NCBI GenBank assembly: GCA_020137815.1
Contig: CM035357.1
Span: 5,208,001-5,272,000, forward strand
Direction: 5' to 3'
Source: Hormiphora californensis
Lineage: Eukaryota; Animalia; Ctenophora
DNA length: 64,000 bases
The notes beneath the pieces were generated by a model. It made no database searches. It had not been told where the DNA came from and saw only the letters and a list, made by a program, of their open reading frames with translations. The translations under genes were made by a program, and so were the position numbers. Shown here piece after piece: positions 12,924 through 64,000 of the stretch (the first letter of the stretch is position 1; every line of letters starts with the position of its first letter).

Positions 12924-13293
12924 TTAGTCATCATCATCATCATCGTCATCATATTCGAAGAGGGCAAACTCCTTGAGCAGCCATGCACCATACTCGCTCG
13001 CCTTCGCGCCACAGTAAATCCCCATTGCTACCACAATTGGAACCTGGAAAGGGAAGGTGGAGTTAAAATAACCTTATATTACACAGTGCAAGGTTTCATA
13101 GACACAATAACACACAGCTACACGCACCAGGCTACTATATAAAAAGAATACATAATATATTGGATTATACCGTTACGGGAGAGAGTTTGCTGATTCCAGT
13201 AGGCATGTCAGGAATAGCAGCACGGGAAGAGAAGGACCGCTGGAAGACGGTGCTTGATAACCGGGCTCCGTGGCCCAAAATCCGGCCAATCAT
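12924..13293 (-). CDS. SMDT1: Essential MCU regulator EMRE, 2 exons, 80 aa (absent from the ORF track)
   Basis: Exon 13293-13171 MIGRILGHGARLSSTVFQRSFSSRAAIPDMPTGISKLSPVT (Arg/Ser-rich presequence) plus exon 13043-12924 VPIVVAMGIYCGAKASEYGAWLLKEFALFEYDDDDDDDD*. One TM helix and the poly-Asp C-terminal tail characteristic of EMRE. Confidence 0.82.
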
Positions 13294-13332
13294 GGCTAAT
13301 GAGAATGGAACGATTTAAAATACATATATATA

Positions 13333-14897
13333 CAAGGTGGGCCACGGATTGTTGGTAAGGGTTAGCGAGTTGTCCCGTCAAAACGGTGATAGTTGCGAGA
13401 ATAAAAATCATGGGAGCACTCTGGATCAATTTCTTGGTAACTTTTTCCATAATTTTTTGTCAAAAATTCGAAAATTCATTTTTCATTCCTTCATTCATTT
13501 CTCGTTCATTTATGATGTGAGCATCCTAATTTTCCATCATGGTGCTATTTTTCTTTGGCTTGAATTTATCTTTCCAATGAACACCATAAAAATGAAATTG
13601 AAGCACCAGGTCACGTTGCAGTTGAGAAAATGCTCATGCATGATTTTGGCTCTTCCTGCGACTTTCAATGAGCTGTATCACGGCTTCCTTTTGTCCAATC
13701 TTTTTCAAAATTTGGGTGAACATTGGATAAACAAAGATCTTTGCTCACAAGAAAAATCAAGGTCAAAACTCAAAGTTCATTTTTCATTTTTGGTAGTTCA
13801 TTCCACTCATTCAGGAACTAATATCCCTAAAGTCATGAAAAGTTTTAGGTTTTGTTTGGCCTATGCTCTGCAATGCCAGAGAGGTGTAGTAGCGTGTTTC
13901 CGGGCTAGTTTTTGGGTGTCCATGTGATCATGATGATACCTGACACCTTATTTGGGCCATAATTAAGATATTTTCTCAAGTTGAAGCATGTGACTTGGGT
14001 TTTCTGAGATTGATATCGTGAAACAATGTTATGGGATCCCATAGCACCCCTAAAATGATGATTAATTCAACAAAATGAGTTGATTTATTATTGAAAAGAT
14101 TTAAACCGAAGACAAACTCAACTAAACGAACAATTTCGATCATAAATCAACTCATTTCGTTGAATTAATCGTCATTTTAGGGGTGCTATGGGATCCCATA
14201 ACATTGTTTCACGATATCAATCACAGAAAACCCAAGTCACATGCTTCAACTTGAGAAAATATCTTAATTATGGCCCAAATAAGGTGTCAGGTATCATCAT
14301 GATCACATGGACACCCAAAAACTAGCCCGGAAACACGCTACTACACCTCTCTGGCATTACAGAGCATAGGCCAAACAAAAACCAAAACTTTTCATGACTT
14401 TAGGGATGTTAGTTCCTGAATGAGTGGAATGAACTACCAAAAATGAAAAATGAACTTTGAGTTTTGACCTTGATTTTTCTTGTGAGCAAAGATCTTTGTT
14501 TATCCAATGTTCACCCAAATTTTGAAAAAGATTAAACAAAAGGGAGCCGTGATACAGCTCGTTGAAAGTCGCAGGAAGAGCCAAAATCATGCATGAGCAT
14601 TTTCTCAACTGCAACGTGACCTGGTGCTTCAATTTCATTTTTATGGTGTTCATTGGAAAGATAAATTCAAGCCAAAGAAAAATAGCACCATGATGGAAAA
14701 TTAGGATGCCTACATCATAAATGAACAAGAAATGAATGAAGGAATGAAAAATGAATTTTCGAATTTTTGACAAAAAATTATGGAAAAAGTTACCAAGAAA
14801 TTGATCCAGAGTGCTCCCATGATTTTTATTTTCGCAACTATCACTGTTTTGACGGGACAACTCGCTAACCCTTACCAACAATCCGTGGCCCACCTTG
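13333..14897. mobile_element. 1.57 kb foldback (palindromic) non-autonomous DNA transposon with TA flanks
   Basis: Arms of ~765 bp are near-identical inverted copies (CAAGGTGGGCCACGG...CCGTGGCCCACCTTG) around a ~40 bp spacer at ~14098-14135. TA lies on both sides. Confidence 0.92.
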
Positions 14898-15869
14898 TAT
14901 ATACATACTTGAGTGATGCAGTTTTACAAATACAAAAACACAATGGGGTTATTGTTTGCTAAGTTCTAGTTATTTTGTCACGTGGAAGAGGGGGTTCAAG
15001 AAAGGTCCCAGCACATCGGTCAATGTTTTAGGTACGGGAAAAAGAGTTCCTCGACGCTCCTAAACCCATATTTGGACAGTCAACAGTGAGTCTCCAGTGG
15101 AGGCTAATGATTAGCCATCTATCACGCTAGTGTCCCCTACCCGCTAATCTTATCTTGATTTTGTTGATTGTCACACCAGTCACCAGTGACAAGTCACAAG
15201 AAATAAGAATGTTACCAGTACCTACCTGCACCGGGTGCAGTTATTAAGACCAAAAAGTTATTGATGGATATTATCGATCGGGCTGATTTCTTTGTTCCTA
15301 TCTACCTGGATCGATTAACCCGAAAGTCAGGGTTATGTGATCAGTGGCATCTCCAAGAAGGAGGTGTGAGATACAGGGAGATTCAAAGAGAACCGATGAT
15401 AACTTCTGGGGGTTTGGAATTTCTGTGTAGCATCAAGCATGTGTATCATAAGGATAGGTCTACCGATCACTGACTTCACGTGCCTGTCTGTACATGAGGG
15501 TGGCACGCATTAGGGACCCCAATACCCAAGTAAAGTCAATTTTACTGTTGTGTTCACGCCTTTTTCGCGTTACAGAGCATAGCTCCACGATCTGGTGAGA
15601 TAGAGATTTCAAATTTGGAGGTTGGGAACATTATGTCAAATTTGAAGGCTCTATCTTAGGAGGGACAGGAGGAATCTAAAAAAAGGAGGTGGTCGTGGAA
15701 AGTTTTTTCTAAATCTGAGATTTTTTGAGATGTAAAAAAATCTTGCATGCCATGACTCAAATCATTTTGCGTGTGCGCGCCGCAGTGTAAACACACAAAA
15801 TACACGCGCGCTACGTTAATTATTTCAATCCGCATCACACATGAGGTGCAGTGTTTGTGTTTCCCGGCC

Positions 15870-18271
15870 CACAGTGGACCCACGCGGACAGCTTTGAGCC
15901 CACCGAAAGTACACGCGCAAATCAATGTCCGCGCGCACCATTTGTAAGAGTTTCAACTTTCCATCGCGCGTTCTGGGAATCTCTGTGAAATAACTTTGCG
16001 CATTTTCTCTCACAGAGTGTCCCAGTGTGTACAATCGCGAATCTTTAGTGGGTGTGAGCCATCCCGATACACTCTGATCTGTTTAGTGTGTTCCTAAATT
16101 TGCTTGAATCTCGTTAGTATCAAGTTCAAATAAATTACACAGTTAATACAACATACAGTGCAGAAATTCCCATCTCGTTGGTCCTCCTTTATAATTAATT
16201 AACTCTAGCTCTCCCGTTTCTCCCACTTTCACTCCCCTCCCACTTTGGTTAACAGATGCGAGAACGTTAAGAAATTATCCCTTTAACAATGAAAAGGGTA
16301 ATTTGTTATCCTCGGGTGTTGTGAGGGGGTAAAAAAACGTTACGAATTTTTTTGAAAAAAGGGATCTAAATTACTTTCCGTTAATTATGATTTTGTTTAC
16401 TTTTTACATGGGGAGGTAGAGTATTGCAAACTAACCATTTGGATTTATAAGTTTGCTGATCGCCTGTTAGAAACCCCACGCATTTTTCTAACTCACTCTC
16501 CTCCCCCAGACCCCGCATGCGGGGGAAATGCCGGCGAGATGTGTTTGCGGTTTGGTCCGTGTCTGTTTCCAAACCCCAGTTCCGGAAGATACTTACTAAA
16601 ATCAAGAGTTAAATGCCGAATCCAAAAAAAGGAATTTAAAGTTAGGGGCCTGTTGTTTTTATTTTTTACAAGGGGTTTAAAAGGTCTTATTCCTTTGTAA
16701 GGGTTTTGTGAGTCTTTGAAAACCCCGGCCAATTAAATAACCTCCCCCCCCTCCCCCCCCCCGGGCTTCCTTGTTACATTCCCGTTCTCCCTCTCCTGGA
16801 GATGTGTGGCTAGATGATGTATTGGCGGGGGTTAAACCAAACCCATTCTTAGGGACCTCAATACAACTTGGGTAAAGTGAACCCTGTTATATTAAATTAT
16901 AATCGTTTACTCTTTTTCCCCTCTCTCGGTGTTTCCCCTTCTTCTTCATCTCTCTCTCTGATTCCCGCCCTTTAGTTTTCCCTGGTTCTTCCCTTCATTT
17001 TTTTCCTATCCCTCCCCTTTTTTTCGCTCCCCTTCCGTTCTTGCTCGTTCCCTCCCCCCCTACCGACTTTCCCTTCTTTTCAGTAAATAGGGAAATAGGT
17101 CCTTTGAATGAAACCCCATTTATGGGTTTGAGAACCCTATGAGTCGTTACACTTAATTTTTCTCCTGAAAATTCCCGGGGGACCATGCGTTTATTTTTAG
17201 CGGGTTTGTTGGTGTTTTTCAAACTTTTTATTTTTTATAAATGGGAAAAAAACCAATCTGATTGTTAAGGATGAATAACCAAACTTTTGTGTCTGTTGCA
17301 CCTGTAGTGAGAAAATGAGTTCGTCCCGAGTTGCCTAAATGTTTCTTGTTACCCGGATATATAATGTAATCGATTTTGCTTTCTGTGAGAGTTTTTAAAC
17401 ATATATTTCAGAGCTGTGTGTAACTCATTAGTAATCCTACTTATTACAACAATTAAACCCCACTGTTTCTATTTGTTTCCGGGCTGCTAATAGGGTTTTA
17501 TTCTGGCCAGTGAAATTAGGCCAGGTGGTGGAAGATGGGGAAAAGTCTTCTATTTGATTTCCGTGAATTTTAAAATCTCAAACATGACAAATCCTTGTGT
17601 TTTACCACGGCTCGTTGCCAGATGCACTACAAGCTCGAATGTTTACTCATATTTTAATTTCAATTATTCTGTGCCCAATCACAATATCTTCGGTGGGAAA
17701 ATACTGGGATTGTCTCATCTCCACACTGAGTTCTGAGAGCTCCTAAATGGGGAAGTTCAACTCTCCGCACAAACACTAGCTGGATATGACCGCGCGAGCT
17801 GTACAAACGGAGTACAAACGTAAGTATTGTAAGCACTCGTTTAGAACGTTCTTTCCTTCCACGCGCAGTGTTCCCGCGAAACTCAGTGGGTTCACACCCA
17901 TCACCACAATCACCATTGTTCCAATTATGAGAAAACTAGCATAGGGCGGAGTAAGATTTTTTTTGGAGGTTAAAGGGGGACTTCCAACGCTTCTTTCAGT
18001 AGCTGCATGATACGCTACTCGATAGGCGTGTTGCTTTATGTTTCCACAATGGTCAAAATCACTATGTTGATCTGCTGGGCTAAATAAGCACATTTACGCC
18101 TACCCAATCAAGCTGCATACACCTACAACAATTCCCTAACAGTCAAAAAAAACTTGGGGTTTCAAAGGTTTCTGGTTTTCCTGAAAAAGGCAAAAAACGA
18201 CAGGTCATCGACCGCGCAAATTTCAGTCGCGCAAAGCGTTTGTCCCAAATCGCGCGTTTGGGTCCACTGTG
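15870..18271. mobile_element. Possible Transib-like non-autonomous element
   Basis: Inverted CACAGTGGACCCA termini with CGGCC directly outside both ends (candidate 5-bp TSD). No transposase motif was seen. Confidence 0.4.
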
Positions 18272-18403
18272 CGGCCCCAGTTTGTGTGATTTTTTTGATA
18301 ATTTTCGAAATTCGAAAATCGAACGTTTCTAAACTTTTTTAACGGGGTTTAAGACTGCATATTTGAATAATATCATCGTTCTATATCCATTTTAGGTGTC
18401 AAA

Positions 18404-57437
<39,034 letters not shown>

Positions 57438-58126
57438 CAAGAAATGTGGATCAAATATTAGATTTAGCAGTACAATTTAAATAGTATTGTTCACATTCAG
57501 ACTTTTTGGGGGAACCAGCATGCTCCTATTGGAGAACTGAACTTTCTACGGTTTTATTCTGTGTTTCTATTTTTCTAATCAAGATTGCATGACAGTCGAG
57601 GGAAAGCGAAACAGATAGATATAATATCATTATTATAATTGATCAAAATGAATATCTTATTCTGACCAGTGCAATTTGACTCAGACAGTGACGGAATGTA
57701 TAATTTAAGAACATTCTAGATGTACAGTGACAAATTGAATCAGTGTTCGTATGTTTTTATGTGTGATTAACGTTGTGTAAGATATGTGTACAAATCTATC
57801 AGTTTATTTTTACGTCCAAAACATGTTTATCTCATTTGTAAAGTAAATAAAACCATGACGCGACATCTTTCAAAATGTACGGCAGGAGTGAGACGCGCAG
57901 TTGTCAGTTTTACAATTGTACGCGCGCGCGCCCGCGATCATAAAAAATTAACTTTCAAAAGTTGTAAAATTTTGAAAGTTTTGATTTCGTTTTTTTCCCT
58001 TATCGAAATTCCTGAAACATCCTGCCATACTAGACCCGTTAAAGCTCTTCATAAGTTTGAACCTATTACTTTTAGACCATTTAAATATTCTGTATTTGTA
58101 GGATGCATTGAGAGGCGGAACTCGTT

Positions 58127-59862
58127 ATGAAATCTGAATCTGAGGCCCCTCGGCCCGAGGAGGGGAAACCAGTCAAAGAAAGGTGCGTGATCGGGGTTAA
58201 TATTCTAAACACAGAGTCTATAAACGCTCATCTCCTTTGCAGTAAAAAGAAGGAAGTTGTTGAAAATGATGACATGGTGTCCATTGAAACAAGTCCAAGT
58301 GGCCGCTTCCTCAAGTTTGACTTTGAAATTGGCAGTGGATCCTTCAAGCGGGTGTTCCGAGGTCTCGACACGGAGACGGGCGTTGCGGTTGCGTGGTGCG
58401 AGTTAGTGGTAAGTTAACCCTCTGATTTCGTTGTTAAGTGTTCGTGTTTTTTTATCACACGGGCATGCTTGCTAATAAAAAACCCCACCGGTCGCCGTCG
58501 ACAGAGTAGAAGGGAGTTTACATACCATAGGGACTGGTCGAGTGCTGAACGCCGAAAAAAGGTGACCCTTCCATCCTCCCTTCTTCCTCTGTCTGTCGAG
58601 TCGCATTCTCGCCGCCGCCAACCCGCAGCACAAGCATGTTGTAGGCTGTGAGTTTGCCACCGCTAAGAGTTGTCCAAATATGGGTGTAATATACTATCTA
58701 CTATTATAGTACCTAGCTGCTAAGTATTAACCGTTCCCTCATCTCATGGGTGTATTAAATCTAGCCGCTGATATTAATTAACCCTCCCCTAATCCTCTAA
58801 CGACACAAAAGATTCCGGTCGTTTCCCCACCCTGCCCCTACGCTCTGATCCGGGCCCATATTTCCAGGAGAAAAACAAGTTTTCCCGCGAGGAGCGGAAG
58901 AGGTTTAGTGAAGAAGCAGAGATGCTGAAGACACTAAACCATCCGAACATATTAAAGTACCACGACTACTGGAGTAGGGAGCTGAATGGAGCTAGTCAGG
59001 TGGTTCTAGTGACTGAACTGATGAGCTCTGGAACACTCAAAGCGTAAGTGTGGCCCTCTTCTGTAGATATATTTTAAACAAAGAGTAACAAGGTTATTTA
59101 GGACCACTGTGTTTCTCTTAGTACTATCTCTTCTAGTTTATTCTGATTTGAGAACTTTCTCCGGAAGGGCACTACCTATACCCTTGGTTGTTTCTGAATT
59201 TAAATTTGACTGAGGCAAATCCAGAAATCTCGAACTCTTTAGCGTTTTTTATTTACCGTGTTCCTCTGAGTATACATTATACACCCACGTTATGAAAGAG
59301 ATGTAGAGCTAGAGCTAGAGAGATGGAGGAAGGGGCATTATATAGAGAGCTAAGGAAGAGGGATAGAGAGAGAACTGAGAAGGATAGGGAGAGATAGTGA
59401 GGGGGAGAACATGTTCAGTTTGTTCTTTACAATTAGGAGGGGGTCATTGGTTTCCTGGTGGGGGGAACATTACCATGCAAGTACCTGCAGCTAGTAGGTA
59501 CATGTGTGTACAATATTCCTGTACAATTCCTCTCATGTAGGGAGCTAAACATGCGGGGACAGGAAGTAGAACTTCCACTGCCACACTGTTAATGAACCTA
59601 CACATGTAACATGGATATAATCAGTGCGTGTGTGTGGTCATTTTAACTACCCTCCCTCTTCAAACAAATATATAGCGGTTTTCTCTGTCGACCCTGCCCT
59701 TGTGCGTGAGGGGAATGTACCATGCTAATAAATTAGAAGAGAGAGTATTGGCTGAGCGATGCATGTTCAATGTTCATCTGTTGATTTCATCGTTCAAGAA
59801 AGAATAACATACTCTACAACAGGCCACAGGGAGAAACAGGACTGGCAGTTGGCCAACTGTGT

Positions 59863-59920
<58 letters not shown>

Positions 59921-61157
59921 CTCTTTATCCCTGACCGTGACACGAGTGTATATTGTTGGTGTGAAATTGGCTAATTCCATAGTTCATGTCAGGCTTGAGT
60001 AGACCATGCCAAATCATTCAGCCTTTTGGCCTTTGGCCTGTCCCGCCCTATTTAACGGATAGGCTTTTCAAAGGATAAAACCCTTTTGATATATCTGGCC
60101 ACTGGAAGGACACGGGTGTTACATCTGATTTTCAATAAAGTGTCCCGCCACTTCACATGAATGTGCAACGTTGTTGGTCAAAGTAAAAGTGAAATATATA
60201 AAGTTGATGGCCCCGTGTTTCATTAATCAAGTAATGAACCTTCCCTCCTTCTCCTTTCTCCAGGTACCTCAAAGGGTTCAAGAGAGTCCGACCGAAGATT
60301 TTAAAAAGTTGGTGTTTACAGATTTTAAGGGGACTTGACTTTCTTCACACCCGGAATCCCCCCATTATACACCGAGATTTAAAGGTAATACATTGGTCAT
60401 AGTGTGGGTCGTAGTACATTTTACTTATGATATTGTGTCTTCTTGTAGTAGTTCCTTCGCTATCTCTACTCTCTACCTCTATCTCAATTACCTTATCCTT
60501 TTTTGTAAACGTATGCTCCCCCTTTCTATCTAATATGCTTTCCCTCCTTCGCTGTGTTATCTTCCCACTCCCTTTCTCTATATTCTCTCCTCTTCCTCTC
60601 TCTATCTCATCTATCTCTATCTTTTCTCTCTCCTTCTCCCTATATATATCTCTCCTTCTCTCTTGGTCTGGCTTCCTCCTCATCCTGCCGTGCTCTCTTA
60701 CACACACATTTTGCATGTGCACATACACTCACATTATATGCATCATGTCTATGTTACATCATCACTCTCTCGCTCGCTCTCTCGCTCGCTCTGACCACTG
60801 ACCAGCTCGAGCAAAGTTCATGTCCAACCTCGAAACATTAAATCCGTTGGGAGATCAGTTTCTAGGGACATTTCTAGTTGCCATGGTTGCCGGACAACTC
60901 ACAATAACGGAAGTATGTTAATTTGACCATATTTGGAGTTTCTTCATTAAAACCTGTCACTGTCACACCACCACTGGTTTCCTGGGTGTGTCACCATGTA
61001 CCATTTTCTTTACAAAAAATGAAACAAGTTATTTTAATCTCCTTCTTTTTCTCACAGTGTGATAACATATTCGTGAATGGAACCATTGGCTATCTGAAGA
61101 TTGGAGATCTTGGGCTCGCCAAGTTGAGGAGATGCAGCTACGCAAAATCCGTCATTG
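58127..61157 (+). CDS. WNK: WNK serine/threonine kinase, 5' part (remaining exons not found in the window)
   Basis: Exons 58127-58182, 58243-58408 ([35 protein letters not shown]), 58868-59043 ([25 protein letters not shown]), 60264-60384 ([14 protein letters not shown]) and 61058-61157 ([22 protein letters not shown]). Lys in the GSFK loop and Cys in VAWCE are WNK hallmarks. Confidence 0.95.
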
Positions 61158-61329
61158 GTAAGTGTCCGCACACAATTATATTTTGGTTTCCCCCGGAAAT
61201 ATATTTCTGTTTCTATGGTTACTGCCCAACAACTATTAATATATGTATGTGTGTGTGAATGTGGTTATTGAGTTGAGTTGCAATGGTAGACTGCATTGTA
61301 CACAAACAATACTATTGATTTCTGAGTAT

Positions 61330-61417
61330 AGTCGGACCCCGATTTACCGGGCCCTGAGTTACCGGAACGCCGATTTACAAAACCGTTCTCTCGAAGATCC
61401 CGGTAAACCGAGGTCCG
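61330..61417. mobile_element. MITE family A remnant
   Basis: AGTCGGACCCCGATTTACCGGG...CCCGGTAAACCGAGGTCCG. Confidence 0.7.
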
Positions 61418-64000
61418 TACAACTCTCAATGGTTTATTGGTTACACCTCTAAGTAGTGTATGGGTGGGGTGATGAACAATAGATTGATTGTCTGCTAAAC
61501 AGCACACTATTGTGTGTTAGTCGCAATGTGTCTGGAATAGCACTATTCTCCGTGGTCTGAGGGGTGATCCACAGAATGAAAGAGGGCACGCTCTTTCTCA
61601 TCGCATTTTCTATGCTATATCATTCACACCATCTAATCCAGTATCATTGTGACGGATCAATATATCAATTGCAATATTAGACTAATGACTATTCTATCCC
61701 TTCCACAATATTTACTAACTTCCAGCAGCGGAATGACCATCCCTTCACCCTACAGTAAGGGCTCTACCTACCCACCTCCACATTCCTTACATTACTAACT
61801 TCCAGCAGAATGAACTTCTACAATCCTTGTTTATCTAACTAGCACACTCAAAGGTTTCGCCAGCAGGGTGAATGAAAGTTTCACTTCCCGTTCGACTCTT
61901 TCCCTTCCACTCTGACAAATGTCGCAGTTTCCCCGCTAACATATAACAATATTATATACTGCATAAAATGTGAGACATTCAACAACGCCCTAATTCTCCC
62001 TCTCTTTTTATTCCACCAATATTTATGCGTGGTATAATATGTCTGTAGGTTTGTGTTTGTCTGTGTGTTGATTTTGTTTTTGTTGACATATCGATTCATA
62101 ACAAGGTTACATTCAGGCTACAGGGGTATTAAAACTGATTCCCATTTATTACCGGGGAGTGGGTACAATTATGAAAAATATATCCCCATAAGCCTTGACA
62201 TGAGCTAAATTGATGTTAATAATTTCCATCCACCCCGCCCACCCCTCCCCTTAACAAGCGAAGAGGGGGAACACTATTATCACCTTCCCCACATGCACAA
62301 TATCAGGTACATGTAGCACATATTGTGTAGTGTGTACGTGGTGTGTGGTACGTGATCCGGGACATGTTAATTATAATAGGACATGTCACATTTATAATGT
62401 AACAATTGCATACGCGGTTTAATCTTTTTATTCGCTGAAAAGATGAAAGGGAACAGAAAATAGATAAACGCTGCTCGTACCCTGTTTTAAACAAGAATTG
62501 AGAGAAAAGGAAAGAAGTAATCAGAGCTTGTCAAAGAATGATTTAGAAGATTCTAAACCTAAAAGAAATGGTAGAAGTGTGTTACACAGTAGAAAGTGAT
62601 AGCATATATACATATTATATCCATATTATGTAACTGATAGGAGTTGGATTAACGTCACTTTTATCATACCACTCGCTTTCTCATATAATATTCACATAAT
62701 TCACTCTGTAAAATTTGATGGAAAATAAGGGGTGTTACGACACTTTTTCACTGCCATTTGTTCTAACGTTGCTCGAGAGGCCCCTCTGACCTCGCAATAT
62801 TGAAATTTGTTTACATTTGAGAGAGTATCACACATTACATAGTGTGAGGGAAAAGTGTGTGTGTGTATTCTCGACCCTGTGGAAGGAAACTGGGGGGCCC
62901 CCAAAAACCACCTTATTTAACAAAAAAACCCTTTCCCAACCGGAAAATTTTTTGGGGTTTTCCAAAGGCAGTTTTTGCCAAAAAACAAATTTCTTTTTTT
63001 CGTCTTTTTGTTCCCGATTTTCAGTTTTTTGGGTTTTTAATTTTACTTTTTCTCCTTTGATTTGGTTTTGGGGGTTTTTGGGGTTTTCCCCCCTTTTATG
63101 GGTTTCCCCGTTTTGAAAGGTTTAAAATTTCCAATTTTCCCTTAGGGGGTTTTTGTTTTTTGTAAAGGGATTTTTTAAAAGAGGGTTTTTTGGGTTCCCC
63201 TTTTAATTTTCCCCCCTTCCTTAGTTGTTTTTTTTATTTCAAAATTCCATTTTTTTCTTTTTTGGGTTTTTATAGCAGGGGTGTAGGGGTTTTTATTTTG
63301 GGGTAAAGGGGTTTTCCATTTTTTCTTTTTTTTTTCAAATTTTTTCCAACCTTATCCTCCGGGAAAAATTTTTACAAAATGTTCTTTTATTTGCTAATTT
63401 TTCCTTTTTCCTTCAGTTTTTGCCTTTTACTTCTCTTTATCCCCGGGTGGGGGGCTTAACCTTTCCAGCCCCCCCCCTCGCAACCTTTTTTTCCCTTTTT
63501 CGGGAAATTTTTGGGTTAACCCGGGTTTGACTTCCCCCCACCCCTTTTTTGGTTTTTCCCCCCCCTTCAACTTTTCCCTTCGCCTTCCCAGTCGCCCGGG
63601 GGTCTCCTTTGCTTCTCTTTTCTCCCCCCAATCCGTCCCATTTCCAAACTTCCGACTGGGGATTGCCCTTCCTCTTCCCTCGGTCTCCTTTTTTTCCCAA
63701 CCTTGTTTTTTTCTTGCCCCCCTCCTTTTTTGGTTTTCTCCCCCCCCCCCAAAATCACTCCCCCCCTCCCTTCTTCTCTTTTTCCTTCTCTTTTCCCCTC
63801 TCTTCTCTCTCTCTCTCTTCCCCTCTTTTCCCCTCTCCCCCCCCTTTTCCTTTTCTTCTTCTCTCCTCCCCCGGCTCCCCTATCTCTTTCAGCCCTCTCG
63901 CCCCGGTCTCCTTTTCTCTCCCCCTATTCTCCTCTCTTTCCCCTCTCGCCTCTCTTTTCTTCTCCTTTTAAAAATAAAAAATCATCATGTCATTTTTTAT

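Noticed and set aside
13337-14893. Twin 196-aa and 178-aa ORFs on opposite strands
   Set aside because: They are mirror images from the palindrome arms, have non-ATG starts and show no protein motif.
14940-15480. Exon-like plus-strand pieces (MDIIDRADFFVPIYLDRL..)
   Set aside because: No consistent gene model or recognisable family.
62880-64000. F/P/L-rich ORFs at the window end
   Set aside because: Low-quality pyrimidine-rich sequence with no identifiable WNK exon.

Overview
Intron-rich eukaryotic genomic DNA, most likely from a cydippid ctenophore (inferred from a match to the ctenophore spliced leader as I recall it, and from the nested-gene architecture). Left part, minus strand: EMRE/SMDT1, LACTB2 and DNAJC5 (cysteine string protein). 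The last DNAJC5 intron holds an antisense, garbled Ty3/Gypsy-type gag-pol element whose 5' end abuts a 25-nt spliced-leader sequence, with no LTR visible. A ~39 kb centriolin (CNTRL) gene on the plus strand (18404-57437) hosts four antisense nested genes: a divergent SMAD-MH2/IRF-IAD-like gene, a calmodulin-like gene with a 9x36 bp in-frame splice-donor array, an OST-alpha-like transporter and a carbohydrate sulfotransferase. A WNK kinase gene starts at 58127. There are many MITEs and three kb-scale foldback palindromes. About 1.15-9.3 kb, 16.2-17.3 kb and >62.9 kb look like low-accuracy sequence, so frameshifts there are not interpretable. Exon models were assembled by eye from GT-AG sites and phases, and family calls come from recalled motifs, not database searches.
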